DNA of 63,507 nt, counting the filler, from Octopus bimaculoides (Eukaryota), in NCBI RefSeq assembly GCF_001194135.2. It is 3 parts of 3 records of this genome, joined end to end, with 100 filler letters (N's around TTAATTAATTAA, not from the genome) between each part and the next. Parts side by side here need not be neighbours in the genome. Positions count along the whole stretch, not along the records: positions 1 to 31,795 come from NC_068983.1; 2 more parts are not named here. One strand, given 5' to 3'. A model generated the notes under the pieces. It saw only the letters and a list, made by a program, of their open reading frames with translations. It made no database searches and was not told where the DNA came from. Positions 1-12,154 of the stretch are shown in pieces. Within the stretch, counting starts at the first letter, position 1. The number at the start of each line of letters is the position of its first letter. The translations under genes were made by a program, and so were the position numbers.

Positions 1-42
<42 letters not shown>

Positions 43-68
43 TACATCACATACATATAAACAGACAT

Positions 69-101
<33 letters not shown>

Positions 102-884
102 TATATATATATATATATATACATACATACACTCATTCACACACAAATATAATACATAGAGAGAGAGAGAGAGAGAAGCAGACAGAGACAAAATGAATAT
201 GTACAAATGTGCAAATGCTAAAAACAAAAACACATAACAGACAGATGTAAGGGAAAAAAAAATTTAATTATCATCAGCTGTCTCTCATAGGATTCTGGCA
301 GTTTTGATAACTTGAGACAAAACTACATACCTCAATGTCTACAACAACTATCTGATATGATTGTTATGTAATTAATACAATAGTAACAAGGCATGAAGTC
401 AAGAAATAAAGACAACATCTAGTAGAGTTTTAGCAACTAGGTATGAGAAAATGCAAGGATAGGGAAAGGATGTATGGTTAAGACTAATGACAAATCATTG
501 TCTTTATCTACTATGCTATGGGCACAGTGTAGTAGATAAAGACGTTGATTAATGTAATGCAATTACCTAAAGATTTTGAGTTCAGTCTCAGGTAAGTTAC
601 TAAGGTTATTCACACACACAAAAAAAATCAACTGAAGCAAAAAATATCATGAAATGCTGAGAGCAGAATGAGAACAGTGTACTCCCATGGATCAAATAAA
701 GCGTTAGGTTTGAAATCCCAGTAAAACAGTCAATTTCAACACAAGACACCTGAAAAAGGCTGGAGTGTACACCATCTGAAACATATAGTGAAAGCAACAA
801 TTAAGATGAGGACACAAGTCTGACTAATATAAACAGCACACATTAGTCGCTTTCCAACAGATTTATGATCAAGCCTGTGGTGGT

Positions 885-1207
885 GATAGCATGTGGCTTC
901 GTGGTTAGGGCATTCGGCTCATGATCATAAGGTCGTGAGTTCGATTCCCAGCGACGTGTTGTGTCCTTGAGCAAGATACTTTATTTCACGTTGCTCCAGT
1001 TCACTCAGCTGGCAAAAATGAGTTGTACCTGTATTTCAAAGGGCCAGCCTTGTCACGCTATGTGTCATGCTGAGTCTCCTTGAGAGCTACATTAGGGGTA
1101 CACGAGTCTGTGGATTGCTCAGTCACTTGCACATTAATTTCATGAGCAGACTGTTCCGTTGATCGGATCAGTTGGGACCCTTGTCGTTGTAACTGACGGA
1201 GTGCTCC
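885..1207 (+). mobile_element. tRNA-derived SINE, family A (head + CORE-like segment + 3' body)
   Basis: A-box-like TGGCTTCGTGGTT and B-box GAGTTCGATTCC, then GTGTCCTTGAGCAAGATACTT (CORE-like). The 3' body matches the reverse-strand copy at 55098-55488. Confidence 0.85.
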
Positions 1208-1724
1208 TATAGTAGAGTCCTCCACTGTCCTCAGCCCCCAGACCATATCCCTGTTCACTGCTATTGGGGCGGAGATGACTATCCACAAATACTAGCACCT
1301 TGACTCAGAGTGGCTGTTCCACTATCCTCTGGGGTAATACCTTTTCCATTTTGTCTGCTGGGACCATGAAGGGATCTGAATTACAGGAAATTGACAGGAT
1401 GTAAGAAGTTCACAACTTACTACATGAACAATAAACATATATGCTATACAAAACACATGATTAATTCAAAACAATGTGAATAAATAAACATTACAGTTGA
1501 GTGAGTAATCTGAGTGCTAAAGGATTAATCATAATTGATTAATCATAGTTGATCTTAGAATACACTACAGCAATGACAGTGAACACAAAAACAGCAATAA
1601 CTACAAAAAGTTGTAACAAGAACAATAGCTTTTACAACAATCAACAAAATTCTATAAGGCATTTAGTCTGATTGTGTCATTTCTGTTAATTTATTGCAAT
1701 GTATTCAAAATATTCTATATTTCT

Positions 1725-2490
1725 TTTATTCTTTTACTTGTTTCAGTTGTTGGACTGTGACCATGCTGGGGCTACCCTGATGGGTTCAGTCAAACAAATC
1801 GACTCCAGTGCTTATTTTTAAAGACTGGTCCTTATTCTATTGTTTTCCTTTGCCAAACTGCTATGATATAGAAACAAACAAACCAGCACTAGTTCTTAAG
1901 TGGTAATATGACAAGCACAAAGACATACATGCACATACATATACATATATACATACACACACAAATGCATATACATATACATGCATTCATATATACATAC
2001 ACACATGCACACACATATACATACACATGCTCAAACATATATACATTTGCATGCATGCACATACATACATGCATACAAACATACATACATGCACACGTAC
2101 TTACACATACACACACAAATGCGCATACACATATATATATATACAGACATGCATACATATATATACATACATACCTGCACATACATGCATAAAAACGTAC
2201 ATACATAAATGCATGTAAGTATGCATATGTACATCTGTACATACATGTATGCATACATACATGCACACACACACATACATACATTCATACATACATACAT
2301 ACATACATACATACATACATACAAATATACAACAGGCTTCCAAATGGTTTCCATTTACCAAATTCACTCTCAAGGAATTGGTCAGTAAGGATCTATAGTA
2401 GAGGATGCTTGCATTCAGCCCCACTCAGTGGCACTGAACCCAAAACCAAAACCACCAGTTTCAAAGTAAGTTTCTTAACTCTACAACTGA
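1725..2490 (-). mobile_element. SINE family C with expanded internal (CATA/CA/TA)n array
   Basis: Tail module at 1725-1880 and core/head module at ~2320-2490 match copies at 3140-3540 and 54368-54760; about 400 bp of compound microsatellite lies between them. Confidence 0.75.
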
Positions 2491-3139
2491 GCATTAACAC
2501 CTAATTCAAAATTCTTATGCATTGAAGAAAGCTAACATTAGCTCAATCAAAAAAAGGAGAAACATTGTTTTATCCATTTGTAAGGGAGACAATCCTGGTC
2601 ATGTTTCAGTATTATTGTATCACCTCAATGAACTATAGACTTCACTGTGTTTACTGAAGTAGAGACAAAAGAATCATTAAGTACATTTACAATATTGTAT
2701 ATAAGTAGTAGTGAAAAATAGGCATAATTAAAGAAATAAATCATTGATGTTAATTCATTAATGATGCTGTCTGCTTGAAAAACAATAAATTTAGTGCAAA
2801 GATACTTAAAACGATATTAGTTACTGAGATAATATTGTCTTTCTTTACCATATAATCATTACTGATTAGGTTTTTAACATACTTTGTATATTCTTGCATT
2901 CCTTTGCTGGTTTTATTCATTAGACTGTGGCCATGCTGGAGCACTGCCTTCAGGGGCTTATTTTTAGCTGTTATCTTATGAGACATAAATAAAAACCTAA
3001 AACCATAAAAGGACATAGACACACACACTTACACAAATGCATAAACACATATATGTATGCATGTAAGTAAATATTATGTACAGTAACACCTCAATGATAA
3101 TTAGGTTTTTCCTTTATAATAACACATTGCACCTAGTTA

Positions 3140-3340
3140 CTTTTTTACTTGTTTCAGTCATTTGACTGTGGCCATGCTGGAGTACCACCTTTAGTTGAGC
3201 ATATCGACCCTAGAGCTTATTCTTTGNNNNNNNNNNGCATATCGACCCTAGAGCTTATTCTTTGTAAGCCTAGTACTTATTCTATCGGTCTCTTTTGCTG
3301 AACCACTAAGTTACGGGGACGCAAATACACCAGCAAACAT

Positions 3341-3371
<31 letters not shown>

Positions 3372-3540
3372 CATATACAACGGGCTTCTTCCAGTTTCCA
3401 TCTACCAAATCCACTCACAAGGCTTTGGTCGGCCCGAAGCTATAGTAGAAAACACTTGTTCAAGGTGCCATGCAGTTGGACTGAACCTGGGACCATGTGG
3501 TTGGTAAGCAAGCTACTTACCACACAGCCACTCCTGCGCA
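3140..3540 (-). mobile_element. SINE family C, near-complete copy
   Basis: On the minus strand: head GCGCAGGAGTGGCTGTGTGGTAAG...GGTTCAGTCC, CORE-like CACCTTGAACAAGTGTTTTC, short (TA)n(TG)n, then tail ending GACTGAAACAAGTAAAA. Confidence 0.85.
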
Positions 3541-3720
3541 TATGAATGATAAAGATAAGTGCCATTTTTATTCTGACAGTATCTTCCCCAAAATATATCC
3601 AACCTTGGGGAACTATTATCTTGTTTGGAAACAAGTGAGGTTTGAAGACTGGAAAAGCATTCGGATATAGAAAAACATTAAAATGATGATGATGATGATA
3701 TATTTATATATATATATATA

Positions 3721-4071
3721 CAAGGTGTTTCAAAAAATTTGATATAATTTCGCACTCTAATAACTTTGCCAGTTCTTGTTGGGGCGAAGGGAATCCTCAT
3801 GCCAAAGTTGAGCATGAGAGAGACTCAACAAAAGTGAATGTGTTCTATACCATCTCCAAGAAGCATCTTCATAGCCCATTTTTCTTTGAGGGAAATGTGA
3901 TCGGTGATGTGAAATTGTTCATGGAATGCACATACCTTTGACTTTCTCAATCAAATTTGGAGGAATTAATCTTATGTTGCTCAACATTAAGCCTGTTTAG
4001 GTTCATTTGCTTTGATTATGTTGTTTCTATGATATTTACATCTCAAATGATATCAAATTTTTTGAGAAGCC

Positions 4072-4074
<3 letters not shown>
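3721..4074 (+). mobile_element. Internally deleted Tc1/mariner-superfamily DNA transposon
   Basis: ~30-bp TIRs (CAAGGTGTTTCAAAAAATTTGATATAATTT / AAATGATATCAAATTTTTTGAGAAGCCCTG) with TA on both sides. Positions 3780-3940 translate WGEGNPHAKVEHERDSTKVNVFYTISKKHLHSPFFFEGNV, resembling an IS630-Tc1-mariner catalytic-domain segment. Confidence 0.85.
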
Positions 4075-4115
<41 letters not shown>

Positions 4116-4859
4116 GCACACATGCACATACATATGTATACATACATATATGTATATAGACACACACACACATATAAATATTTAGTTGAAATAAACACAT
4201 ATATATAATGTGTATGTGCCTGTGTCTCTCTATCTCTATATATTTTTTACCAAAATGGAGGCGAACACCTTTCTCCATCTGATTGGCTTGAACAATTATT
4301 AAGACACTAGAATATTTTCATGTTTTTCTTAACATGAAGCCAATAGTAGCCTTAATTCACTAATAAAGAAATTATATTGACCAATGCATTGTTAAGCACT
4401 CACTTTCATTGTTTGACATTTATACATATATATTTGTATGAAGTTATATATATGTCTGGTCATAGAATGACCAATGGTTTCACATCCACAAAGCACTTAA
4501 TGCAAGCTTTGCATAGCAGAGTAAGCAAAAATCCTTAAAAACTCACTGACCATGACCTCTAACCCCACTGCACACAAGGATTCAGGGACTTGTTGATCGA
4601 AAAAATAATGAACATGAACACCCTACTTTGGTCACCACCTGGTGCCATACTCTCTTTAGTACCGGCTGGCATTCTACATATAAGCTTCCATCTCCAAAAC
4701 ATGGACCATACTTTCAAACCCACCACTGTAAACAGAACGTGTATTTATATGTAAACAAAATAAGAACCACTGCCTAAATTCACCTTTCCTAGAAAATTCC
4801 TCCTTAGAACAACTATTTCCACCGATGGATAAAATAACACAAATCTTGGAAGGCAACAC

Positions 4860-5200
4860 TTGAAGTTTATGACTTATTTCCCTTTCCTATACCTATCCAT
4901 TTTACTAAATTTTACTCCTCTCATACTCTAAGTTTTGCTCCTATTCTTCTTATGTCATCTTCAATAAGAAAAATATACTGTACCTATTAGTAACTGACGC
5001 TTGTATGTATTGGCTCTCCTAACCATTTAGACCCTCTGAAGAAGCCTAGAGGCACACTCAAAATTCAAACTCTATCTACCCATCCCTACAGAACACTGAA
5101 GAGACGGAGGTAGCATGGAGGATATCATGGCCTCTTGGCAGAAATGGTCGTAAGGAACTGATCTTTTACTCCTTTATGTTTTACTGGTACATATTTGTGT
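4860..5200 (+). mobile_element. Probable decayed Penelope-like terminal repeat with two degenerate hammerhead-like cores
   Basis: CTGAAGAA-GCC-TAGA-GGC at ~5037 and CTGAAGAG..GAGG..CCTC..GAAA at ~5097; this motif layout is typical of Penelope-like element ends. Confidence 0.4.
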
Positions 5201-5483
5201 AGCACACAGTCTTTGTATGTGTATGTATTCTTATAATACTTCCCTATGTTTTAGAATAAATAGACATAATAGAATGTCTACTGGCTGATGTATGTCAATT
5301 TTGTATCCCCTCCATTTTCTTTTTTGCCGTATAAATTAAGGATAAACCACTTTTTACCCCCACCCATATATAACACTCGATTGCGAAATTGCCACACAAT
5401 AAGCAGCACTTGGGTATTAATAATTGGGTACACTACCAGCAGTATATTGGATAGGTACTATCCCTTGATTGGCCTCCCAACCT

Positions 5484-5521
<38 letters not shown>

Positions 5522-5526
<5 letters not shown>

Positions 5527-5665
5527 GGCATGACTGTATAATTTCAGGTTCAGTCCCACTGTGTGACACCTTGACCAAGTATCTTCTACTGTTGCTCTGG
5601 GCCAGAAAAACCCTTGTGTGTAGATTTAGTAGATGGAAACTGGAAGCATTCTGTCATAAATATAC

Positions 5666-5706
<41 letters not shown>

Positions 5707-5960
5707 TGTATGCATGTTTGTTTGTTTGTGTGTGTATGTGGTGTGTCTTTCTTGACACCCTGTGTTAGTTGTATGTGAGCATCACCATTGTTCATGCGAT
5801 GTAGTTTATTTCCATTATTCTGGTAAAACATGTCTGATCATGGGGAAATATTTACCTTGCTTGGAAACAGGTGAAGGATGATGACAGAAAGAGCATCTGG
5901 TTGTAGTGTAGAAAATCTACCTCAACAAAGTCCATCTAACCCATGCTAGCTCAGGAAAAT
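5522..5960 (+). mobile_element. SINE with family-C head/core and (TG)n array joined to an RTE-type tail
   Basis: GGTTCAGTCCCACTG head and core as in family C, but the 3' end matches the RTE-like tail (...CCCATGCTAGC...) seen at 24435 and 31310. Confidence 0.6.
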
Positions 5961-8233
5961 GAATGCTAAAATAAACACAAAAAACATATGCATTTGTGTA
6001 GGTTGGCAACAACTCTGTCAAACATGGTGTGTTAAAGACATGACTATGTTCAAGTTTGATCTTTTTTATTAAGAATTTTGCATATTTTGTTGTTAGTCCT
6101 TTGCATCAAATTCGGAACATTAGCAATTCTAAATCCGCTAATCCATTAATGTTTTGAAGCTATCTCAGTTTCATTCTCAGAATGAAATGAATGAATATGG
6201 AATGACATGTTTTCATGTGCTTTGTGTTATAGGTTGCATATGCTCTTGGGAGTTCTAGTGATTTTTCTTTCATGTTATGGAACAAAAAAAAAATGCATGT
6301 ACAAGAAGGGGAAAAAGAATGCTCAATACATGTTATAGAGTTTTATTCTATTTTTTGTAAAATGGAAAATTTTGCTAAATATTTCTCTGAGTTTCACATT
6401 TTTGATTTTTGGGTAGCAATGAAAATAGCTGCAAAAATCCTCGCAAAAAACAAAAACAAAATAAAGCGAGTACAACCAGTGTATAGCTATATAGCTTCTT
6501 CTGTAAAAAAAACCCCCAAAAAAAACCAAAACCTCGCAAGAACAAAAAAAAAAACACTATAAATAAAGCATGGAAATATTTAAATATTATGCCGGGTTCT
6601 AATTGGATGCTTGAGGAAACCGTCATATTTTTTGTATTTCATGAATGACCATTTGGGTGAATAATACATTTTTACTTTGATAAAAAAAATTATTTGTAAT
6701 AAATACATGTGACAAAAGCTTATGAATTTTTAAAAATATACATGTTAAAAAACATATAAAAATTATATAAAGCATAGATTTACAAAATCATAAAAATATG
6801 TCTTCTTGTTCGTCATATTCTTGCTTTGACTCTTTTCTATGTACACACACACATACATTAGCAAGCACGTACATATAAGCATGCACATATAAATGCTCAT
6901 ACATATAAACACACATGCATATAAATACACACATATAGACACACACACATCTAGACACATATACATACAGAGACTTGCATATGGACATCTATACACCTGC
7001 ATGCATTCTCTTCCATATACGTATGCTCAATGGATAACTAAAACTCATTCAAATGTAAGACTGATAGTATGAGGCATATTAAAAAAAAAAAAGAAAAAGC
7101 ATGAAAGAATGATATAAGTTACATTAAGGCGATAATGCAATGAACTGAGCTATATGGGCAATGAATAAAGGATCTTAAAAGGTGGTATAGATGATAAAAA
7201 AACCCTATATAGATAATAAAAAAGGTGATACAGTTGATAAAAAATTCTGTATCTGATGAAAAATTATATGTAAAATGTATGATAGAAATATATAAAATTA
7301 TATATTTATAAATTTATAAAGAAATATATAGAAATATACATTCATAAACGTATAAAACATAACATTTTAAGAAAATGATAAAAGAAATCAAATCTCATTA
7401 TAAAAAATGGATTGCAAACAAAATGGTGGATTAAAAGGCTGCTGTTAAAATAAAGCAATATGGATTAAAATGAATTAAAAATGGGTGAAATGGGTGCATG
7501 CATGGGTATTCCTGTGAGTGTAAGCTTATATGCATGTGTACATTTGTGTGTGTGTGAATGTATAGATAAATACATGTGTATATGTCTATATGTGCTTGTG
7601 TGGGATTCATATTATAATGCTGGCCCCAAAATGTTATCTGGAAATAATGATTCATTGCAAAATAAGTCCAATACTGCTACATCTATTTTTTAACTTTTCA
7701 TCCAAAATTCTTCATGTCTCAGTAAACACAATCGTTTTTTTATCTTACAATACTTTATCTTTCCAGTCTCCGTAGTCCAGTTAGTCAGTTAGTTTGTGTT
7801 TCCTTTCTCTCTCCATATCCTTTTGCTTTTTATTTCATTTCTTAATTTTTTAAAATACTTTTGTTACACAAATTAAAGTAAAGGAAAAAGAATAAAAGAG
7901 AAGAGTTAATGCAGAATTGATTTGGTAGTTAGAACAGTACTAAGTAAAGCAATGGGGTGTTGCTTGCATAGATTTGGAAAACAATGGAAAATGATGAGAA
8001 CTTTGCAGCATGTTTGTAAAAATATCAGTAAAGTATTACTGTATTTTCATCTAGCCAAAAGCAGAATGTGATATCATGTATGAAGGCAGTTTATATTGAA
8101 CCAAAAGGTATTTTGGTGTTTACTTATAAGAATTTAATAGTTTTGACCTGAGATCTTAACCATTGAGGTTGAGTTGCAACATGAATATTTTCTCAGTTAG
8201 GCATAACTGATAAAAGAGCTTAGAAATAAAGAT

Positions 8234-9120
8234 CATCATCATCATCATCATCATCGTTTAATGTCCGCCTTCCATGCTTGCATGGGTTGGACAGTTTGAC
8301 TGAGGACTGGTGAGCCAGAGGCTGCACCAGGCTCCAATCTGATCTAGCAAAGTTTCTACAGCTGGACGCCCTTCCTAACGCCAACCTCTCTGAGAGTGTA
8401 GTGGGTGCTTTTTACGTACCACCGGCATGAGGGCCAATCAGGTGGTTTTGGCAACGACCACACTCAAAAGGTGTTTTTACATGCTACCTGCATGATAGCC
8501 AGTCCGGCGGCACTGGCAATGATCACGCATGAATGTTGTTTTTCACGTGCCACCAGCACATGCCGGTAAGAGGACACTGGCAACGATCACTCTCAAATGG
8601 TGCTTTTCATGTGTCACTGGCACAGGAGCCAATCCGTGGCCCTGACAATGATCATGCTTGGATATGCTATTAATGTTCAACTGGCACGAGTGCAATCAGG
8701 TGGTACTGTCATCAGCTATGTCAGCAATTTTGATTTTGATTTTGATTTTGATTTCACTTGCCTGAATAGGTCTTCACAAGCAAAGTTTATTGTCCAATGA
8801 ATGAGGGGTATTCATAAATGGGCTGGTTACACCCACTGGCATAGGCCATGGGCTATGGTCTCACTTGGCTTGTTGGGTCTTCTCAAGCACAGCATATCTC
8901 CAAAGGTTCTGGTCACTAGTCATTGCCTCGGTAAAGCCCAATGTTTGAAGGTCGTGCTTCACCACCTCATCCCAGGTTTTCCTGGGTCTGCCTCTTCCAC
9001 AGGTTCTCTCAACTGCTAGGGTGTGACACTTTTTCACACAGCTGTCCTCATTCATTTGCAACACATGACCATACCAGCGCAGTCGTCTCTCTTGCACACC
9101 ACATCTGATGCTTCTTAAGG
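8234..9120 (-). mobile_element. 5'-truncated RTE-clade LINE: RT C-terminus, 3' UTR with minisatellite, (ATG)n tail
   Basis: ORF 8861-9097 (QERRLRWYGHVLQMNEDSCVKKC...GRGRPRKTWDEVVKHDL...DQNLWR) has the RRLRWxGHV / GRPRKTW / DRxxWR signature of RTE ORF C-termini; (CAT)n at 8234-8255. Confidence 0.9.
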
Positions 9121-9369
9121 TCTGTGAAAATATATCTGTGCATACAATGGGATGGTCAAAGTAATTCTGAACTTATGATTAGTTTCTTCTCTTTAATTAG
9201 CCATCTATATTTTACTAAATTTGCTCTGCTTTCATCCCTCTCTCAACCTCATCTTTTGTCTTGTCTGTCTTTCCTCTTCCCTCTCTCAGTCACCAACCTG
9301 CTTCTAACTAAGAGATCCAATTAACAGCTGATCTAAAAATCACCAAATTAATATGTATTTAAAGTAAGT

Positions 9370-9408
<39 letters not shown>

Positions 9409-9991
9409 CTACAGTTTTGCTCAGCTTGATGGGTCTTCTTCTCAAGCATGACATAATGTCAAAGGTCTTGGTCATTGCCTCTGTGAGGCCCAGTGTATAT
9501 ATATATATATAATAAAAAGGAACACAGGTAGAGTTTAAAAATTTGCAACAACTGTTTCAGCAGACTTTTTATTGATGAATACTTTGCTTACTTTGATTAC
9601 ATCATGCAAAAAAAATCTGCCCTCATGAGGTGAGTTTAAACAATTCAATTTATAGGTATGTAGAGAATTTGAATCGACCAATTTTCCAAGTGTTTAGCAA
9701 GGCAAGTGAATTTGCTTATGGAATGGTTGAATTTAAGGGGATGTCCGTAACACCCTAAGGGCAGAGATCAGAAACTATAAAATTTCACAGATCATTACCA
9801 TAATTATTTATGGGTCCAGTGGGAACCATAGTAGACATTCTATAAGAACAGATGAAAAGGAAACTGAAAAAGAAAGAGAAACTGAGATGAAGAATTATCT
9901 TTACAAACATAGCATGGATAGTCAAAGTTTGTACTGACATCATATATCCTGTGTCCATTTAAATGCTTTACTGCAATTAATGTGTACGTTA

Positions 9992-10047
<56 letters not shown>

Positions 10048-10285
10048 ATATGTGTACCAGTTTAACAATGTGTTAATTTATGCATGTGTATAAAAAGCAC
10101 TTATGTGCATACATACACATATCTACGTATATACCCATGCATATACATACACATACTTATGCACATACACACACATATCATATATACATATATGCATGCA
10201 CATGTATATATATTAATGCATAATAAGATAACATATAAAACTTATAAAGCATGTACCATTTAAGAGATATACATATATACATAAC

Positions 10286-10766
10286 ATGGAAAAATGTGAG
10301 CGTGAAAAGTCATATTCTTAAGATTATAAACCTGTAAAAGTATAGGTCAAACTATTACTTCAAGTAAAGTAAAGAATAAGAAACTTTTTACTTAAAATAT
10401 TGCTGCAAAGAATGCCAGTTCTTCTAATTTATCACTCTTTACAGTTCTCATCTTTTAAATTTATTGTACAAAACTGTTCAGCTAATTTGTAAGTTTGTCT
10501 AATTAGTCACTTTTTTCTGTATTTAAGGTAGTAAATTAGTCAAGTTCTACTTAAGTAAGTATAGTGTTATTCGTAAGCTATAATAAAATATATTTTAATA
10601 TTCAGATTTTAATTTTAGCTGCAATATTTTAAGTAAAAAGTTTCTTATTCTTTACTTTACTAGAAGTAATAGCTTGTCCTATACTTTTACAGGTGTAATA
10701 ACTTGTCCTATACTTTTCCAGGTTTATAATCTTAAGAATATGACTTTCATGCTCGCATTTTTCCAT
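10286..10766. mobile_element. MITE with ~120-bp terminal inverted repeats
   Basis: 10286-10406 is the reverse complement of 10617-10766 at high identity; the right arm carries an extra 29-bp tandem duplication; ~210-bp AT-rich spacer. Confidence 0.85.
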
Positions 10767-10949
10767 ATACTCCATGATTTTTCCAGTCATTGCTGTTATA
10801 AGATATAACGAGTCAATTAATAATTTAAGATTTTACCTTATAAAATACTGAAAGATAATATTTCAATTTTTCCATGTAAGTGATAATATTTCAATTTTTT
10901 CATGTTTAATTTAAATATATGTTGTGATTGAATTATTTGATATTACCCA

Positions 10950-11177
10950 ACCACACCAAAAATTTCCTCAAGAAGATCAGGTGAAAATGTTTGTGGAAAA
11001 CATCTTCATGTCGAAGCCAGTTGAATTTTACTTGAGAGGAATCAAAAAGCTACATACATCCACTTGAAGTAACTCAAAATAACGGCAAATATAATGATAA
11101 CTGAAAATTCTTTGTAAAATTTTTTCATGAGTAAAGGTGTTTAACAAGATCGGAAATTATTTATGACTCAACCCAGT
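10950..11177 (+). mobile_element. Mariner transposase C-terminal fragment plus right TIR
   Basis: Translates QEDQVKMFVENIFMSKPVEFYLRGIKKL...EVTQNNGKY, like the mariner FF-SKP-EFY-RGI-KL end; followed by TIR-like CGGAAATTATTTATGACTCAACCCAGTA. Confidence 0.8.
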
Positions 11178-11184
11178 ATATACA

Positions 11185-11320
11185 TGCTGGGCTTCTTTCA
11201 GTTTCCATCTACTCACAAGACTTTGGTCAGCCAGAGGTCATAGAAAAAGACACTTGGGACTGAACCTAGAACCATGTTGTTGGGAAGCAAGCTTCTTACC
11301 ACATGGCCATGACTGTACCT
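11185..11320 (-). mobile_element. SINE family C head/core fragment
   Basis: Matches 3380-3540 with a deletion. Confidence 0.7.
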
Positions 11321-11942
11321 ATATATACATATATACATAATACATATATATATAATTTTCTATTTTGCATACAAACATATATATAGTTTGTTTCTACATT
11401 TGGAGAATGTAAATATATATATATATATATTCCACATTTGGAGAATGTATATATATATATATATTCCACATTTGGAGTATATATATATATATAATCTTCT
11501 GTTATAAAGGTTCTCCAATCTCTGGAAGCATTCTCCAAATGTGGAAACAAACTATCCACCCCCTCACCCCTCCAACCACATCACCACCGTGCCACACCTT
11601 GTTTCCTGTGAGAGAATGAATGTGCCAAATAAAATTGTTCCATTTTTCCTAGTTATCGACTACCGACTGATGATGTGAATCAGTGATCAATTGACATTTT
11701 CATCCATCGAAATTAGACTAAAGAGAAGTTAATAATGACATTCACTAAACAAACAAAATGGAGAGAATAGGAATGGATAATGTTGTTATAAAAGACAGGA
11801 TTTGTCAATTATCAGAATAGTTTTGAATTCATATTTCATTGTAACCCACTGTTGTCTAACACTTATATATCAAATTGATTTAGAATTTTATTTCATTTTT
11901 CTTTCTCACCTTCATCATGCAATGCTTTATAAACACCACTCA

Positions 11943-11973
<31 letters not shown>

Positions 11974-12081
11974 TTGTATTTATACAGATACTTACATAGA
12001 CACTTATATGTCTCTGTACAGATATTAGTTGACACTTATGCAATTACATATCAATAAATCTGCCGCCATATATCTATACCA

Positions 12082-12154
<73 letters not shown>

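Noticed and set aside
885-960. tRNA-gene-like A/B boxes here and at 32790, 55420-55488 and 16975-17045
   Set aside because: No complete cloverleaf; each continues into a repeated SINE or fold-back body, so these are not tRNA genes.
1889-2424. Long ORFs rich in Y/I/H/T/C/V/M on both strands (also 36671-37078, 38728-39349, 50976-51500, 60362-61020)
   Set aside because: Translations of (TA)/(CA)/(CATA) microsatellites, which lack stop codons; no coding signal.
3199-3264. ~28-bp direct repeat GCATATCGACCCTAGAGCTTATTCTTTG
   Set aside because: The copies flank a 10-N gap inside one SINE, so this is a contig-overlap artefact.
4547-4770. Stop-free stretches of 55-75 codons on both strands with a minus-strand acceptor at 4729
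   Set aside because: No good in-frame donor and no recognisable homology; it lies next to a Penelope-like terminal relic, so it is probably decayed TE sequence.
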